Numbered from the stretch's first letter, positions 17,845 through 31,700 are shown. The stretch: DNA of 64,000 nucleotides from Guillardia theta CCMP2712 (GCF_000315625.1 NW_005434641.1:139113-203112), one strand, 5' to 3'. The notes: a model not told the origin generated them from the letters alone. Numbers and translations are program-made.

Positions 17845-20800
17845 ATGAGGGTCCCTGTGCCTGCTGTCCTCCTCCTCCTCGTTTTCTCGTTGATCCCAAT
17901 AGAGGTCGGAGGGGTGCTTGATGCGACTCTCGAGACAGACACACAGTCCTTGACCACGGTATACTTCTCCCTCGGCGGTCCAGGATGGCTGCGACGAGCG
18001 GGTACGATGACTGTAGGAGGAGGAGCATGCAGGAGTTGACGGCCTTGACAGGATGGGAGATGTTGGAGCAGGCGCATGACCAGTTCGTCGACGTGTTCGA
18101 TGTCGACGGCAACCAAGTCCTTTCGCCCCAAGAGATTAAGGAAGGGCTGAATGTGAACTACGTCGGATGCAGATTCCCTCCCTGCTACCCGACTCTGACC
18201 GTCCCCAACCCGCTGTTCAAGATCCCGGAGCCTCCCAACAGATATTTCTTGCAGGAGTTTGGCTTCACGGACAGCGAGGTCCAGGCCTTAGTGGTCAAGG
18301 CAACCAGCGAACGTACAGACCCGATCCGAGGTCAAGCCAAGGTCTACAGTTATGTGATGTTTGCTGCCGCCTCCTTCTCCTGCACCTGCTGCTCCTCCTT
18401 CCCTATCTCAGATTCGACTCACTCACTCCCCCTTCTCGTCTCATTGGCTTCTCAACTTTCTTCTCTACTCCGGCACCTCCCTCCCCTCACTTCCCAAGGC
18501 CTCCCCTTCCCCTTTCCTCTTTCGCTTCTTTGCTGTATCCCTCTTCGCACAAGGCCCTTACGGCCTCATACAGATCGACGCGAGAGACAAGAGCTTGGAT
18601 GGTCTTGTCCTCTTCAAAGAGTTCTTCTCGACCTTCATCGCCTCCGACCCTTGCCTCGACGGCTGGTACGGCGTGACCTGCAGCGATCAGGGTCGCGTCA
18701 TAGGCCTCTCCTTGCAGTCTAACCAGCTCACGGGCATCATCCCTCCTGACATCGGCAACTTGACCCTCCTGCAAGGGCTCCACCTCGGCAGCAAGGACCG
18801 CAGCAGCCTGTCGAGCAACAACATCATGGGCGAAATCCCCAGCACCATCTCTCAAATGTTTGCGCTGCAATCGCTCTCCCTCGACCACAACCTCCTCACA
18901 GGCACCATCCCCGATGCCATTGGCGAGCTGACTAGCCTGACGATGCTGGACCTCGGCTGGAACCGCCTGCATGGCCCCCTGCCCAACATCACGCGGCTGA
19001 CCGGGCTGAGCAGGCTCTACCTGGACCACAACTACCTCAACGGGACGGTGGAGGAGCTCAGTGAGCTGACAAGGCTGGAGGAGGTGGACATCAGCAACAA
19101 CGACTTCGAGGGGGACCTGCAAGCCCCCCTCCTCGGCCTGCCCCTCCTCCAGTCCGCCTACTTCCACGCCAACCCCAAGGCTAGCCTGCACGCGCAATTC
19201 TCTCCTCTCATTGCTGGTCTCTCAGCCCAGTACGCCAACAACCTGGGGCGAACAAGCAGCTCAGCTCTCGTGCAGGACAAGGCCGCTCTGCTCGACCTTT
19301 ACCAGAGCAGCGGGGGAGGCGGCTGGTTCATCAGGTTCGGATGGGAGGAGCCTCTGTCAGACCCGTGCCTGTCCTCCTGGTATGGTGTGGAGTGCGACGA
19401 CGCGGGGCGGGTTATTTCCCTGCTTCTCAACGGGAACAACCTCACCGGCTTTCTGCCCCGCAGCGTCGGACATCTCGCGATGCTCTCAACGGCCAACTTC
19501 GCCAAGAACCGGCTGCAAGGCAGTATCCCTCCTGAGGTCGCCTCCCTCAACCGGCTGAGGTACCTGGACCTCTCCTCGAACCAGCTCGTTGGAGGGGTCC
19601 CTTCTGCCCTGGGAGCCGCGCGGGAGCTGGAGACGCTCTTGCTCAACGACAACTTCCTCACGGGCTCCCTCCCTCCCATCGCTGACGGTGCCTGGACTCG
19701 CATCCACAACGTGAACCTTGCGAGGAACAGGATGCAAGGCAGTATTCCTCCCTCCCTCGGCGCCCTCCGCAGCATCCAGTACCTTGACTTGTCGAGCAAT
19801 CTGCTGCTGGGATCCTTGCCGGGGTCGATGGGGTCGATGTGGAGCTTGAAGGAGCTTCGGCTGCAGGACAACCAGCTGTTCTCCGAGCTGCCGGCACAGT
19901 GGGCAGGGATGACAGAGCTGCGGGTGCTCAATGCGGCAAGGAACAGGCTCTACGGGAGGATCCCAGGAGCATGGGGGCAGGGGATGCGAAACTTGAGGGC
20001 TCTCATCCTCCACTCGAACCGCCTGAACGGAGAGATCCCTCCCTCCCTCTTCAGCATCAGGTTCCTGCAGCAGGTGGTGCTGAGCAGCAACCTACTGGCC
20101 GGGGAGATTCCTTCCTCCATCGTGCAGGTGAGCAACTCGCTCGCCCTCCTCGACCTCCGAGACAACCGGCTGAGTGGCAACCTGCCGTCCAGCCTGGCGA
20201 ACCTCAGCAGTCTCCTCTTCCTCGACCTGTCCTCCAACATGTTCTCCGGCTTCCTCCCTGACTACTTCAACACCTCCTCCCACCTCCTCTACCTGGCACA
20301 GTGGGGCAAAGTCCGTCTTGCCTCCAACGACTTCGCCTGCCCCGTTCCCACCCAAGGCGCTGCAAGATCTGCCACCTGCTCGACTCGCAACTGCCCGCTG
20401 GACTGGGTGAGCAACGGGACCTCCTGCGTCAAGTGCAGCCCGGGGTATAGCAGAGGTCGGGGGATGGAGAAGTGCAGCCGGTGCATGCAGGCGGGGAGGA
20501 AAGAGGAGGAGCGGGTGTGTGCGGTGTTCTCTGCGGACTGGCAGCGAGTTATGACGAAGCAGAACGAGACGGGCGCAGCTGTCAAGTGCATCCTCTGCTC
20601 TGAAGCAGCAGCTCTCAACCTTTACGTCCTCCCCGAGCTCGACGCTCAGTCGCTGCCGGGAGAGCCGGCAGGAGGGGCAGGGGGCTCTCAGCATGATGTC
20701 CTGAGCTACAACGGCAGCTCTGCGTACCCCGACGGCACGAGGTATGTAGGGGAGGTCATGCTTGGAGCCCCGCACGGTCGAGGGACGATGACGAGCCGGC

Positions 20801-21073
20801 GAGGGATGTACGTTGGGTCCTTCCAGCTCGGAAAGAGGAGCGGGAGGGGAACGTTCACAACAGTGGAGGGGGACGAGTTCGGGGGGGAGTGGGGAGACGG
20901 CGGGAGGTTCTTCGACAACACAGGGACGAACTGGGGAGGAGTTCTCAACGGGAAAGGGTACGCGCGGTACCGATCAAACGCCATGGTGGCCTTACGTGCG
21001 ATTCTCAAGGGCGTGATGCGACCAGAAGAGGTACGGGAAGTTCCCTTCCTCCTCCTCCTCCTCCTCCTCCTCC

Positions 21074-21148
<75 letters not shown>

Positions 21149-22358
21149 CCCTTCCCTGACTACGAACATCACTTCCACCTGTTTCTGCTCCTCTTGCTCC
21201 TGCTCCTGCTCCTGCTGACCTGCAACCATCAAGGTGGGGACTGCGGGAGGAACGTATGAGGGGGAGTGGTTCGACGGGGAGTGGGAAGGGATGGGCTCTT
21301 TCTCCACGGCAAACGGCGACGTGTACTTGGGTGAGTTCCACAGAGGGAAGTACCACGGACGAGGGATGCAGGTACGCCAGATGATGATAGGATGAGAATC
21401 GAAGCTTCGCAGACCTTGAGTGGCCCCTGTAGGAACTGCAGCTTGGAGGATTCTACAAGGGCTGGTGGGTGGAGGGCAGGAAGGAGGGCAACGGGACGAT
21501 GTTTTATGCCAACGGCGACATCTACGAGGGGGGCTGGTTGAGGGACACGCGCCATGGATGGGGAAAGTTGTGGTGAGCGTCTGCTGGGCTGTTGAATGCT
21601 CCAGAGCCTCACCAGCTGGTTCAGGTTTTGGGATGGAAGAGTCTATGAGGGGTAAATACCTGTCAACTGCTCTCACCTTCCCTTTCCCCCTGCCCCTTCC
21701 CTCTATCTCTCAAACTCTTCCCGTCCTTCCTCCCTTCCACAAGGGCCGGTGAAGATGACTGGCACAGGTACTGGCGCTATGGTTTAAAGCACGGCTGGGG
21801 TAGAGAAACGATACAGGTCCTCCTTCTCTCCCCAGCTCTGCCTTACCTGACGAGCTGGCAGAGGACCGGGCAGGTCTTCGAGGGGAAGTGGCAGGACGGG
21901 TTGCGATATGGGCACGGAGCGATACACTATGGTAGGAGACCCGGCAAGTGGGGCGAGGAGCTGACCAGCTGCAAGGCAACGGCGATGCTTTCTATGGCAA
22001 CTTCGTGGACGATGAGCGGCAAGGAGACGGTGATCCGTTTCTCCTCCTTCCTCCCCCCTGACTCAGCCCGAACCCTCAGGCGTAATGCACTATGCTGATC
22101 CCAACCTACGGGACTCAGGGGCTGACCTCAAGGTGGCCCTTCTAACTTGACTAGAACAGCTCAGCTGAACCCTAGCAGGCTAGCTTCATGTTCGGAGAGC
22201 CACGGAATGCCTTCAGCCCCATCGTCATCCGCAAGGTGAGGACGGCGCAGGGGATGTTTGACAGGCCTGACAAGGCGCAGGGCAATTTGACCGCTGGGAG
22301 CATCACCATGTACGTGCCGCAGGATTCCAACCAGATTGCCGACAACGCGCTGGAGTGA
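17845..22358 (+). CDS. Secreted protein: signal peptide, LRRNT with inserted EF-hand pair, two plant-type LRR blocks, Cys-rich segment, MORN repeats
   Basis: Signal MRVPVPAVLLLLVFSLIPIEVGG; EF loops DVDGNQVLSPQE and DKSLDGLVLFKE; caps DPCxxxWYGVxC; LxxLDLSxNxLxGxIP repeats; CVKCSPGYS; YxGxWxxGxxxGxG repeats in short downstream exons. Confidence 0.88.
21046..21150. repeat. Intronic (CCT)n(CAT)n microsatellite
   Basis: Follows the GTACGG donor at ~21031; explains the poly-L/I tail of ORF 18361..21159. Confidence 0.9.
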
Positions 22359-22577
22359 GTAGAAGAAGGATCCTCCTGACTGCATGTGAAGTGGAAGGGT
22401 TGCTGAGTGATATCATGGCAGGTACTGGGGCATCAGCAACACCAACTATCTGGTGGGCACAGGGTACGCAGGAACGGGTTAGAAGAAGCCCCTGCTCAGA
22501 ACCAGCTACATGTTCATGTCTATCATTGTCAAAGTAAACGATCTTAAACGGTTAGTTGGTGAGCTACAGGTAACATC

Positions 22578-24024
22578 TTATCGCAAGGTGGCCAGCATGG
22601 CCTCGAGCTGGGCCTGCATGGCTAGCACGTTCTGAGCTGCTTTCAGCCGCAGGTGCTTGGGGAGTTTAGCACATGCGTCAGGATTTGCCAGATTTACCTG
22701 AATCAACAAGTGAGAAGGAAGAGGAGACAGGAGAGGAGAGGAGAGGACACAAGAGAGGAGAGGAGAGGACACAAGAGAGGAGAGGAGAGGAGAGGAGAGG
22801 AGACGAAAAGAGAGGAGTAAGAGAACGAGGTAGAAGGCAAGAGGTGAGAACGAGCAAGGCAGGACGAGACGATGATTGAGACTTACTGTCTCCCCATTCG
22901 ATGATCCAGTAGCGATCTCGAACGCGGCAATCTTGTTCTCCCCATCCATGATCATCTGCCATTCAAGTCAAAGGCCCTGGAGACCACCGAACCGAATCCT
23001 CGCCTGAGCTGTGGCATCTGAGTTCATCGTCGAGAGAGGAGAGCCTCTAGAAGACAGGATGGACTCTCCTCTCTTGGGCAGTCGCATGCAAGTGGCCAAG
23101 CCTGGTCCTCCGCCGCCATGTTGACCCGCGGGAGTGAAGGGAAGTGCGCTGTTGAAGATAGGTGTCTGGGGGACCTTGCTTGTTCCAGCCGCGGGGGTTG
23201 CTGTGATCGCGTTCTGTCGCGTTGCTCTCCTGGTGGTTCGCGGAGCAGGATCATTCTCCACGCCCTTGCCGCCATCGGAGTCCGAAATGTTGGAGATCTT
23301 GCATGTTCGGCGCGTGGTCCTCAGCACCGTCGTGGACCCGTTGGGGTTGTTGATGACTCGGAAGGGAGTCTGAGGGGGCAGGTCTGGCTCCTCCACCCTA
23401 GCCGAGTCAGAGCCACCAAACGTCTGAATGAGCTGCTGGAGCTCTGCAAGCTGTACGTCTGAGGAAGAAATCCCTCCCTGCGAGAAGAACTCGGATACTG
23501 TCATCCCCCTCACCTTCTTCGGAAGCTTCTCCAGGAGCATCTTGTATTCGCTCCTCACCCAACTTGCCATTCTCTCCGCATCGCTCTTCAGCATCTGACA
23601 TCTCGAGTCGACTGTTTGAAAGACACGTTTCTAGTCAGAACATGAAAATCCGATCGCAAAATTTTCAAAAAATGCATCGCAACAAGCCCTGACTTTGTGA
23701 TCTCAAGTGTGCCCCTCACAAGGATGAAAAAGCGTGCAACAAATACAGAAGAACACTCACAATCCTTGTCTTTCATGAACAACAATCGTTCATTTCATCA
23801 GAGTGCTGCAAAGGCTCTGCTTGCATCTTTGGAGCCACCATTCCACCAAGTCGGACATTTCATTCCACAAGAAGGAAAGAATTTAAGGGTGGAGAAACAA
23901 CAAAACAGCCAGGATTTCATCAAGATCTCAACACACCTTCAACGTCGAGCTCTTCAACCAGTGCTTGCAGCTTCGCCTCTCCGTCATCCTGTCCCTCCTG
24001 CCGCGGCTTCCTCCTCACCGGCAT
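22578..24024 (-). CDS. CDCA8: Borealin (chromosomal passenger complex subunit)
   Basis: N-terminal helix LQALVEELDVE...YKMLLEKLPKKVRGMTVSEFF (Nbl1/Borealin N), TP-rich linker, conserved RLPKRGESILSSRGSPL. Confidence 0.8.
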
Positions 24025-24407
24025 GTTTTGAATTCCGAGCGACCGTTGGCACGCCGAGCCCGCCTCCCTCTTGAAGATTTTGGGTGAAACTCGATCCGCC
24101 TCAGGGAAGTTTTTAAATCGATTGTTTTTAATTTAGGATGGTTTGGTATTAAAAATAGTGACAAGAACGAATTATTTGCTATATATAGAAGGCGAAGCAG
24201 TGCCGGTGACGGGGCATTTGTTCTGAACGGTACAAACTAAAACTATATATCAAATTATAAGTATTTATCTCCATGTATACATAGATGTAAATGAATTTGG
24301 CACAGAGAGGACCGGGTGGTAGAGGTGGTAGAGGTGGGGGTCCCGGAGGTTATAAAATGGAGGTGGGGGTGGAGGCTTCGAGAGAAGCGGATAGCGCAAG
24401 GAGAACA

Positions 24408-25371
24408 ATGGAGTGGTTGATGGGAGCTCAGGGAGCGGGAGGGATGCCGGGCATGAGAGCCATGGACTGGAACAGCCTTGGAAAGATGGACCAGCTCACT
24501 CCCCAGGTGCAGAGGCACCTTACCAAGGTCTATGCTGCCCTCTCGGGGGCGCTGCTCGCGGCTGTGCTGGGAGCCTACTACGGGTGGAAGTTTGCGGTGA
24601 CCGGAGTCTGGACTCAGATCGCCTTGTTCGGATGCATCATTGGGCTGAGCATGATTCAAGGTGAGATTCATGATGGAGTGATAGTGCCTTGTGAACTTAG
24701 CGCTGTGAAACCGTGTTTGATAGCAATTTTTCGTAGATGTGTATAATCGGCTCATCGTTTTCCATGCCGCTGGCTTCCTTATGGGATGCAACTTAAGTCC
24801 TCTTCTGGCTATGGTCGCATTTCACAATCCTCAGCTGATAGTTACTGCTCTCATGGGAACTGCCATGATTTTTATATGCTTCTCCCTATCTGCAATGTAC
24901 GCGAAGCGTCGTCACTTCCTTTACTTGGGAGGCATGCTTGGGTCCGCAATGTCGATTCTGTTCACCTTCAGGTCAGCATGTCATTCTCCTCAACATTAAT
25001 CCCCCCCTCACCTCTTGTCCTCTGCGTGTCCCTCGCTCAATGACTCGCTTTTCCAGATTTCTCAACTTCATCATGGGTGGCACCTTGTCTGCTGGCCTTT
25101 ACGAGATTGAGCTCTACGGAGGATTGTTCATGTTCATGGCGTATGTCATCTTCGACACTCAGATGATTATTGAAGATGCATATGCTAATCGCAAGGACTT
25201 TGTCGCTCATGCCATGGAGCTTTTGATCGGTAAATGCTGTTCATTGCCGCCGGTTTGACACTAACCTGTTCGATGCAAGATTTTGTTGCGATCTTTGTCA
25301 GACTCCTTGTAATTCTTACAAGGAATGCGGAGAGGAAAAGGGAAGAGGAGAGACGTAAGGAACGTCAATAA
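24408..25371 (+). CDS. BI-1: Bax inhibitor-1 (TMBIM6 family)
   Basis: QLTPQVQRHLTKVYAAL, IFICFSLSAMYAKRRHFLYLGGMLGS, YVIFDTQMIIE, DFVAIFVRLLVIL and a basic tail; 4 exons. Confidence 0.95.
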
Positions 25372-25648
25372 CTGGAGCATCGTCTACGTTTTTTAGCATC
25401 CTGCTGTCGTGTGATTCAAAACTACGAATGAATTAGGAGAGTTTTTTTTATTTCTGCTGCATTTCTTGAACTACCAAAAGAGAAGGAACCAAAGAACGAA
25501 GAGGAGGAGGAGGAGACCGTCAAAGAGTGTCTTCACTTCAAATTCATCTCTTCTAGGATGGCATGTCACCAAATAGGGTCAACGAATGCATGGTTTCCGG
25601 GTTACAACACAATGCCACTCAGATTTTGGACAAGCTTCGATTCTCACG

Positions 25649-26768
25649 TCACATTTCTTCCTGCCAGATTTCATCTAGGACCTGAGAAATAGATGATCAG
25701 AAGGCCGGCATCAAGACATCCCGGAATCACGTACCGGAATCAAGTCGTGGAGAGGGATGGACTGGGAAAATTCACTCAATTCAGGATCTTCCATCTCATC
25801 TGCTATGTCCGCGTATCCCATGCTTCCTGTTCACGAAGCATTTTACAAGTCGAACCAAACTGAGTGGTGTTCGGAAAGCAACCTTTGGAGTTCCGCTCAG
25901 ACTTGCGCTTGCTGTGCGCCAATTCCCTTTCTTCTCTCGTTCCACGCCACTCCCTTCTGACAGCTTCCCAGACGATGTAACCTTCCCACGCAATCAGATT
26001 GTGGAAATCCTATGTCAATCGTTCAAGACAAACCAATACCTTTGTTCAGAAAGTCTTCTTCATAGAACGGTCCAAGGAACGGAGTTGATTCATCCTCAGC
26101 ATCGGACGATCTGGCTCCTTTAGCGACACTACAGGACCATCACAATCGATAAAGACTGTCTTCTTGACAACCTTGAGCCTTTCTGCCGACGTGATTGCTT
26201 ATCAGAATCCTGTTTCAGATCTTAGAACAATCTCCAGCCCAGAATGTCCTTACCCTACTCCTGTTACGTCTTGTAGCCTCCTCTGCATCCTCTTGCCTCG
26301 TTCCTATGTATAATGCCCTCTTTCCATCACGAACTTGTGCGCCGCTTCCCAGAAGCCCCGTCGGAGTATATTGCGATCTCCCCTGCCCCAAGAGACACGT
26401 CAAAAACAACCATGGCTGCTAGCCAAGTGTCTAAGGGAGCAGCGGGCACAGCATCCCAGTCTTTCTGTGACAATTACCTTCATGTACTCGTGGATATGCA
26501 TGTACTTGAAAACCTGCAAGGGTCTTTGATACGTTCCAAGCGACTCAGCGTTCATAACTTGCGTTCTCGCTCTTGTGAAACAATGTGTCAACGTTTACAG
26601 ACACGCCCATTGTATGTACAACTCACTTGGAAGAAACGTCCCCTGCCCAACTATTATCAACATTCATTTCCAATGCGTGTGAGTAATCCGAAACTGAGAC
26701 GTGATGGTCAAAATGATTGCCATACCGGTGAGTGCAAAACGAGACTTACTCATTGGATTGGCCGACAT
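25649..26768 (-). CDS. DUF4050 (Gag1-like clamp) protein, multi-exon
   Basis: Spliced C-terminus FLNKGYIVWEAVRREWRG...FSQSIPLHDLIPVLDEIWQEEM* fits the DUF4050 pattern FxNxGxxxWxxxRxxWxG...FxxPIPLxxxxxxLxxxW. Confidence 0.7.
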
Positions 26769-27189
26769 CTTAGAAAGATGACAAGAGGCTTACTTCTTTT
26801 CTTCAAATTATGCTATCAAGCTGTGGAATGAGAAGTGAAATGTCAGCGACCAATTCAGACGCTCTACAACTACATATCAACCCAACACCCGAAATACCGC
26901 AGATCAAACACGAACAAACTAAGAACCAGAAAATCGAACATGAACGATCAGACGTAAAGTAAAATTGGTATCAACAAAATGAGAATTCAGGCAGAGTCCA
27001 AGAATAGTTCTCGTCATTCAACAATTTTTGGATCCACAACAAGGCCCGGCACAGTCATTGGTGTACAAAGGAAAAATCAAACAAAATGAAAAAGAGCGAA
27101 AATCAGTGTAAGACTTGAGAAATGAACTTTACAAAGCAACTAAAAACATGATTATCTCGGCATTCGCGCCATTCCTCGCACTCTCACTC

Positions 27190-28070
27190 CTCCCTCCGCC
27201 CCCTCCACCTCCACATTGACCCACCAGCCTTGCATAGGCTTCGCGCCTTTTGCAGACTCCATAAGGAACCACGACGGTTCCTTATATTCACGGGATGGTT
27301 TCTTCACGGTTTCTTCTCGTGTTTCCTTATGGAGTCCAGCAAGCCCGCCTCATGCCATCGTCGGAACGCACCCACCCTTTACAATTTACCTACCCCACCT
27401 ACCCATCATGTTCTACCAGCAAGATTTTTGAGGGCACCCCTACCTATCTCTCACCACCCCACCATTCTACGCCTGCTAGGTCGCTCCAACAAAGATTCCT
27501 ACCCCTAGCCTCCTTTACACCGGTTTGTTCCTACATCTCACCGGTAGGGTAGAATGAGAAAACAACCGGTACTGAGTACCCCTTTCATCGAATTCGGGTC
27601 CATTTGATGAACGAAAAGACGAGATTCAGTTCCACCACCCATCCCATCCATGAGCGGCTGAACAAGCACTACCCTAGCAAAAAGTACCCCACCTACTCAA
27701 TACAACACTGACTCTATCCTCATCTTATATCAAAAGCCACCCTACCCATGTCATAGGCACCCCACCCATCATCAGGGCTGCTTTCCTTTCTGCCACCCCA
27801 ACAGATTCAGTACCCCTACCCTCATATAGAGTGTAGCGCCTCCCCACCCCAACCGTCAACCACCTACAATAAATACCACCCACCTTCAAGTCCAACAATG
27901 AAACATCTTATCTGGGATCACCCCTGTGATTCAGACTCAAGTACCCTAGGAAATGTTTACCCCCACCCACCACGAGAAATTTCTTACCCACCCCATGGAC
28001 GGAGAAAACCACTACCCTACCCTTCAGACTAAAATCAAACCCACCCTCCCCTCGATCTCCCCCACTAGCA
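27190..28070. repeat. Degenerate C-rich region with recurrent TACCC/CCACC words
   Basis: Dozens of TACCC/CCACCC words, strong C over G skew, no convincing ORF. Confidence 0.55.
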
Positions 28071-28474
28071 CTGATTCCCGCATGCTAACTGCGAGGGAGG
28101 GTGGAGCAGTGGGAGGAGGCGACTTGCACAACTGAGCATAGTCGCATTCAAACTTGTTCCGTTCCTCCTACCCAACAGTTTCTTCTGTTTAGCCCTCTCC
28201 TCTTCTGTCTCGGTCTTGCAGTGCATTTTCACGGTACTGAGAACGCAAACGAAGCTATCAGGAGGCGAGCAGGGCAGGATTGTCCCCCTACCTTGCTGTA
28301 GGCCTTGAGAATAGGTGAGAAAGACTCTCGGCACGTTGCAGGTGAATGATTTGTTGATTTCCTAACATCCTTACCTTGTCCGTCCTGTTTCTTGCGTGCA
28401 CGAACTTCCTCTAGTGCGAGATCTTGCAAAGAGCTTCTAGAAAGCTGCCCTCCTCCTCGCGCCAATTGTTCCAT
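28065..28474 (-). CDS. Possible small hypothetical gene divergent from LETM1
   Basis: MEQLARGG...DGQ followed by a GTAAGG donor; downstream frame ambiguous. Confidence 0.25.
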
Positions 28475-28738
28475 GTGTCCTGGTGTCCTGATTCTTGTAC
28501 TAACGCTTAAATTAGCTGGAATCTAAAATGGTGCGGCGCATGAACCATCCAAAGTATGTGTCTTCATGCTGATGTGATTGGTTGCTGAGTTGCAAGTGCA
28601 GCTTCGGCAAGAACTTTGCGCAGCAGGCAAAGGGGGGCATCGCGCCTACCCAGCGCGGCAGGCTGGGTGTGAATCAATATAATAAGGTCAGTGGCCATGA
28701 CTATCTCAGCGGTATGCTCCTTGACTTCCGGGATAGAC

Positions 28739-31700
28739 ATGGAGGAAATGGAAAGATACGAAAGTGTCCCGCGAACCCATGGTGGCGTGCGGTGTTTCGT
28801 ATCGCAGTCCCGGGAAAGACATGAAAGCCATGGAGGTCCAGACTCAAAGAATTTGTCAGAACCTCAGCCAGCAGAGCGTGGAGTTCATGGCAAGACGTAT
28901 GGTGCATCCGACGTTCCGTGTGAATTCCAGCAACGACGGTGTGACATCGTCACGAACGCACGATCTGGTCGCTTTTCGTGTGCTCTGCTCAATTTCACCA
29001 GTACATGCTCGATCCTTGAACAGAGGAGTCTGGACTGAAGGGCGGGTTCTTGTGCTCTCCCCTTCCTGGCAGAGATGTGAGATGGTGAGGCTGCTCTCCT
29101 CGAAGCCAAAGATGGGCGCGGAGGAGGAAGTTGACAAGGGCACGTTGGTCCTGCAAGATCGAGCCAAGCAACAGGTCTCACTGCCGTCCAAAGATTCGAT
29201 GACATCGAGCTCGGATGAACCGAAGCCATCTTGGTTGGCAACCAAGTGGGCGCATGTGAAGCATGAAGCGTACCACTATTGGCTGGGAACGAAGTTGCTA
29301 GGGAAGGAAATCGGCATCTGTGTCGGCATCCTCAAGCAGATCTTGAGGGGGGAAGAGCTGTCTCGTCGTGAATATCGTCAGCTCAGAACGACGTCCACTG
29401 ATCTCCTCAAGATGGTTCCATTCGCCATCATCGTGCTTGTTCCTTTCATGGAGCTAGCGCTGCCTGTCATCCTCTGGGCGTTTCCTGGAATTCTTCCTTC
29501 GACATTCCAGCAGGAGTGGAAGAAGGAGGATGATATGAAGAGGAAGTTGAAGGCTAGGATCGAAGTTGCTGGATTCTTGCAGGACGCGATGAACGACATG
29601 GCCAAGTCCATCAAGATGGTGGAGGCTGAGGACGGCACAGCCGAGAAGTTTGTCGAGTTCATGAAGAAAGTGCAAAGGGGAGACGCGAGGGTTTCAAATG
29701 ACGAAATTATCAAGTTCTCCAAGCTGTTCACGGATGATATCACCCTGGACAACGTGGGGAGGATGCAGCTCGTAAACCTCTGCCGCCTGCTGGACATTCC
29801 CGTCTTCGGGACCGACTCCTTCCTCAAGTATCGCCTGCTCGAGAGGATGCGAGCAATCCGCAAGGACGACAGGATGATCGAGATGGAGGGCGTAGACTCC
29901 CTGAGCTTCTTCGAGCTCCGCGAGGCCCTCATGTACCGAGGGATGCGATCGGTGGGCCTTACAAAGTCTGCCTACAAGAACATGCTGGAGAACTGGCTTG
30001 ACCTCAGCCTGAAGAAGAACGTCCCCACCACCCTCCTGCTCATGTCCAGAGCCTTCAAGATCACTCAGAATGTTGCGGACGAGGACGCGCTCAAGGACAC
30101 GATCCAGGCCATGCCCAGCGCCGCTATGAAGAGTGCGGAGGCACAGGCCGCTGAGCCCGATAAGGTGGGGGGAGAGAGGAGGGTGATGGAAGAGTGGATT
30201 AATGGGATGTGTAGGTGCTGGAGGCCAGGAAGAAGCTGGAACAGATCCAACGCGAGCAGGAGCTGATCAAGCAGGAGAGGATCGAGAAGACGGAGATGAT
30301 TCTTGCCGAGCTGCATTTGTCTGCTGGGAGGTGAGCTCACTCTGGGGTTTCGATCATTCTCATCGTGACCCTCTAGGTTCCTGGATAAGAATGCTAGCTC
30401 TTGGCTGCAAGACCGCATGGGTCAGATCACTCTGCAGATACAAGACGGTGCGGAGTCAGGGGAGAAGGATGGGAATTAGTGCTTGTGGCGAGGGCGAGGG
30501 GCGAGGGAAAGGTCGAAGAGCGTGCAGTGACGGTTTTGGTGGAGGGCTGGAAGACACCGTTTTGTCTTGCCGTGACTGTTGCTTGTCCTGCAGGACACGA
30601 TCATGAAGGGGAAGCTTCTCCCGATGCGGAGAGCAAGGAGAACACGAAACTCGCCAACATGCGAATTCAGTTCAGCATGTTGGAAGACCAGCTGCTTGAC
30701 ACTCTCAGAGAAGCTCTGCAGCCCAAGTGAGTGGGAGTAGAAGTAGGATGATTGATACCTTGACGTTACTGAGACGAGTGCCCGAACCCCTGGAGGAGAG
30801 ATGAGAGGAGCAAGGTTCACTGACGGTCCTGTAACAGGTTCGATAAGCTTGACTTGAAGTCAAAGCAATACTTCTCAATCCTCCGGGCCGAGCTGGACTC
30901 GAGAAAGGAGGTTCGAGCGAGGAGGAGGAGGATACGGGAGGAAAGCCACTCTTACAACTAGTCAACAGGAGCTGATTCAAAAGATGCTTGCTGGGCCTGA
31001 AAAGGAGACGGCCAAGCTTGAGGCAGGAGAAGGCACGGAGGAGGTTCAGACAGGTAGCCGCCAGCATGCACGTGAGGCCACCGGGCTGAAGAAGATCTAA
31101 CAATCATATGCCAACAGCACAGGTCAGGATGGAACAGGATGTTGTTACCATCGACGCCGTAGCTGCTGAGGTGGAAAGGAGGAGGGGGGAAGGAGTGAAG
31201 CTGAGATGACGCAACAGGAGAAGCCAAAGAGCATCCCAGCTACGAGCGAGGCGAAGCACGAGGCTTCCCTCGACTACAAGACCCTTGCGGAGGTTGCTGA
31301 CGTCATCATGCTGCTGGCAAGTAAGCAGGGCGCGACGACGGAAGAAAGAGAGCAGGTAGGACGACCAAGAGGTTGAGGACTGGCTGACGCTGGTTCAGCT
31401 CGAAGACTTGAGGTCGCAGACTCGGCACACGGACGAGGAGCTGGCGAGCATTGACATGAGGGACGAGAAGCTGACGGGGAGAAAGTACGTGAACGCCCTC
31501 ATCGCTCTTGCTCGTTATCGTGCTCATCCTCATGGCGCGCTCGTGGTGGTGGTCAAGTGACTGTGTGCTCTTGCAGGGAGACGAAAGCTGTTCAGATCCT
31601 CAGGGATCGGGTAAGAGCCTTCGATGGAGCCTCCCATTGCTAGCGGCGGCCCTCCGCTCACTCCGCTGCAGGTGAAGATGATGATGCGGAACTTGGACCA

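Noticed and set aside
18487-20775. Long antisense ORFs over the LRR gene (likewise over Roco, LETM1 and PhyH)
   Set aside because: Shadow frames caused by GC3-rich codon usage.
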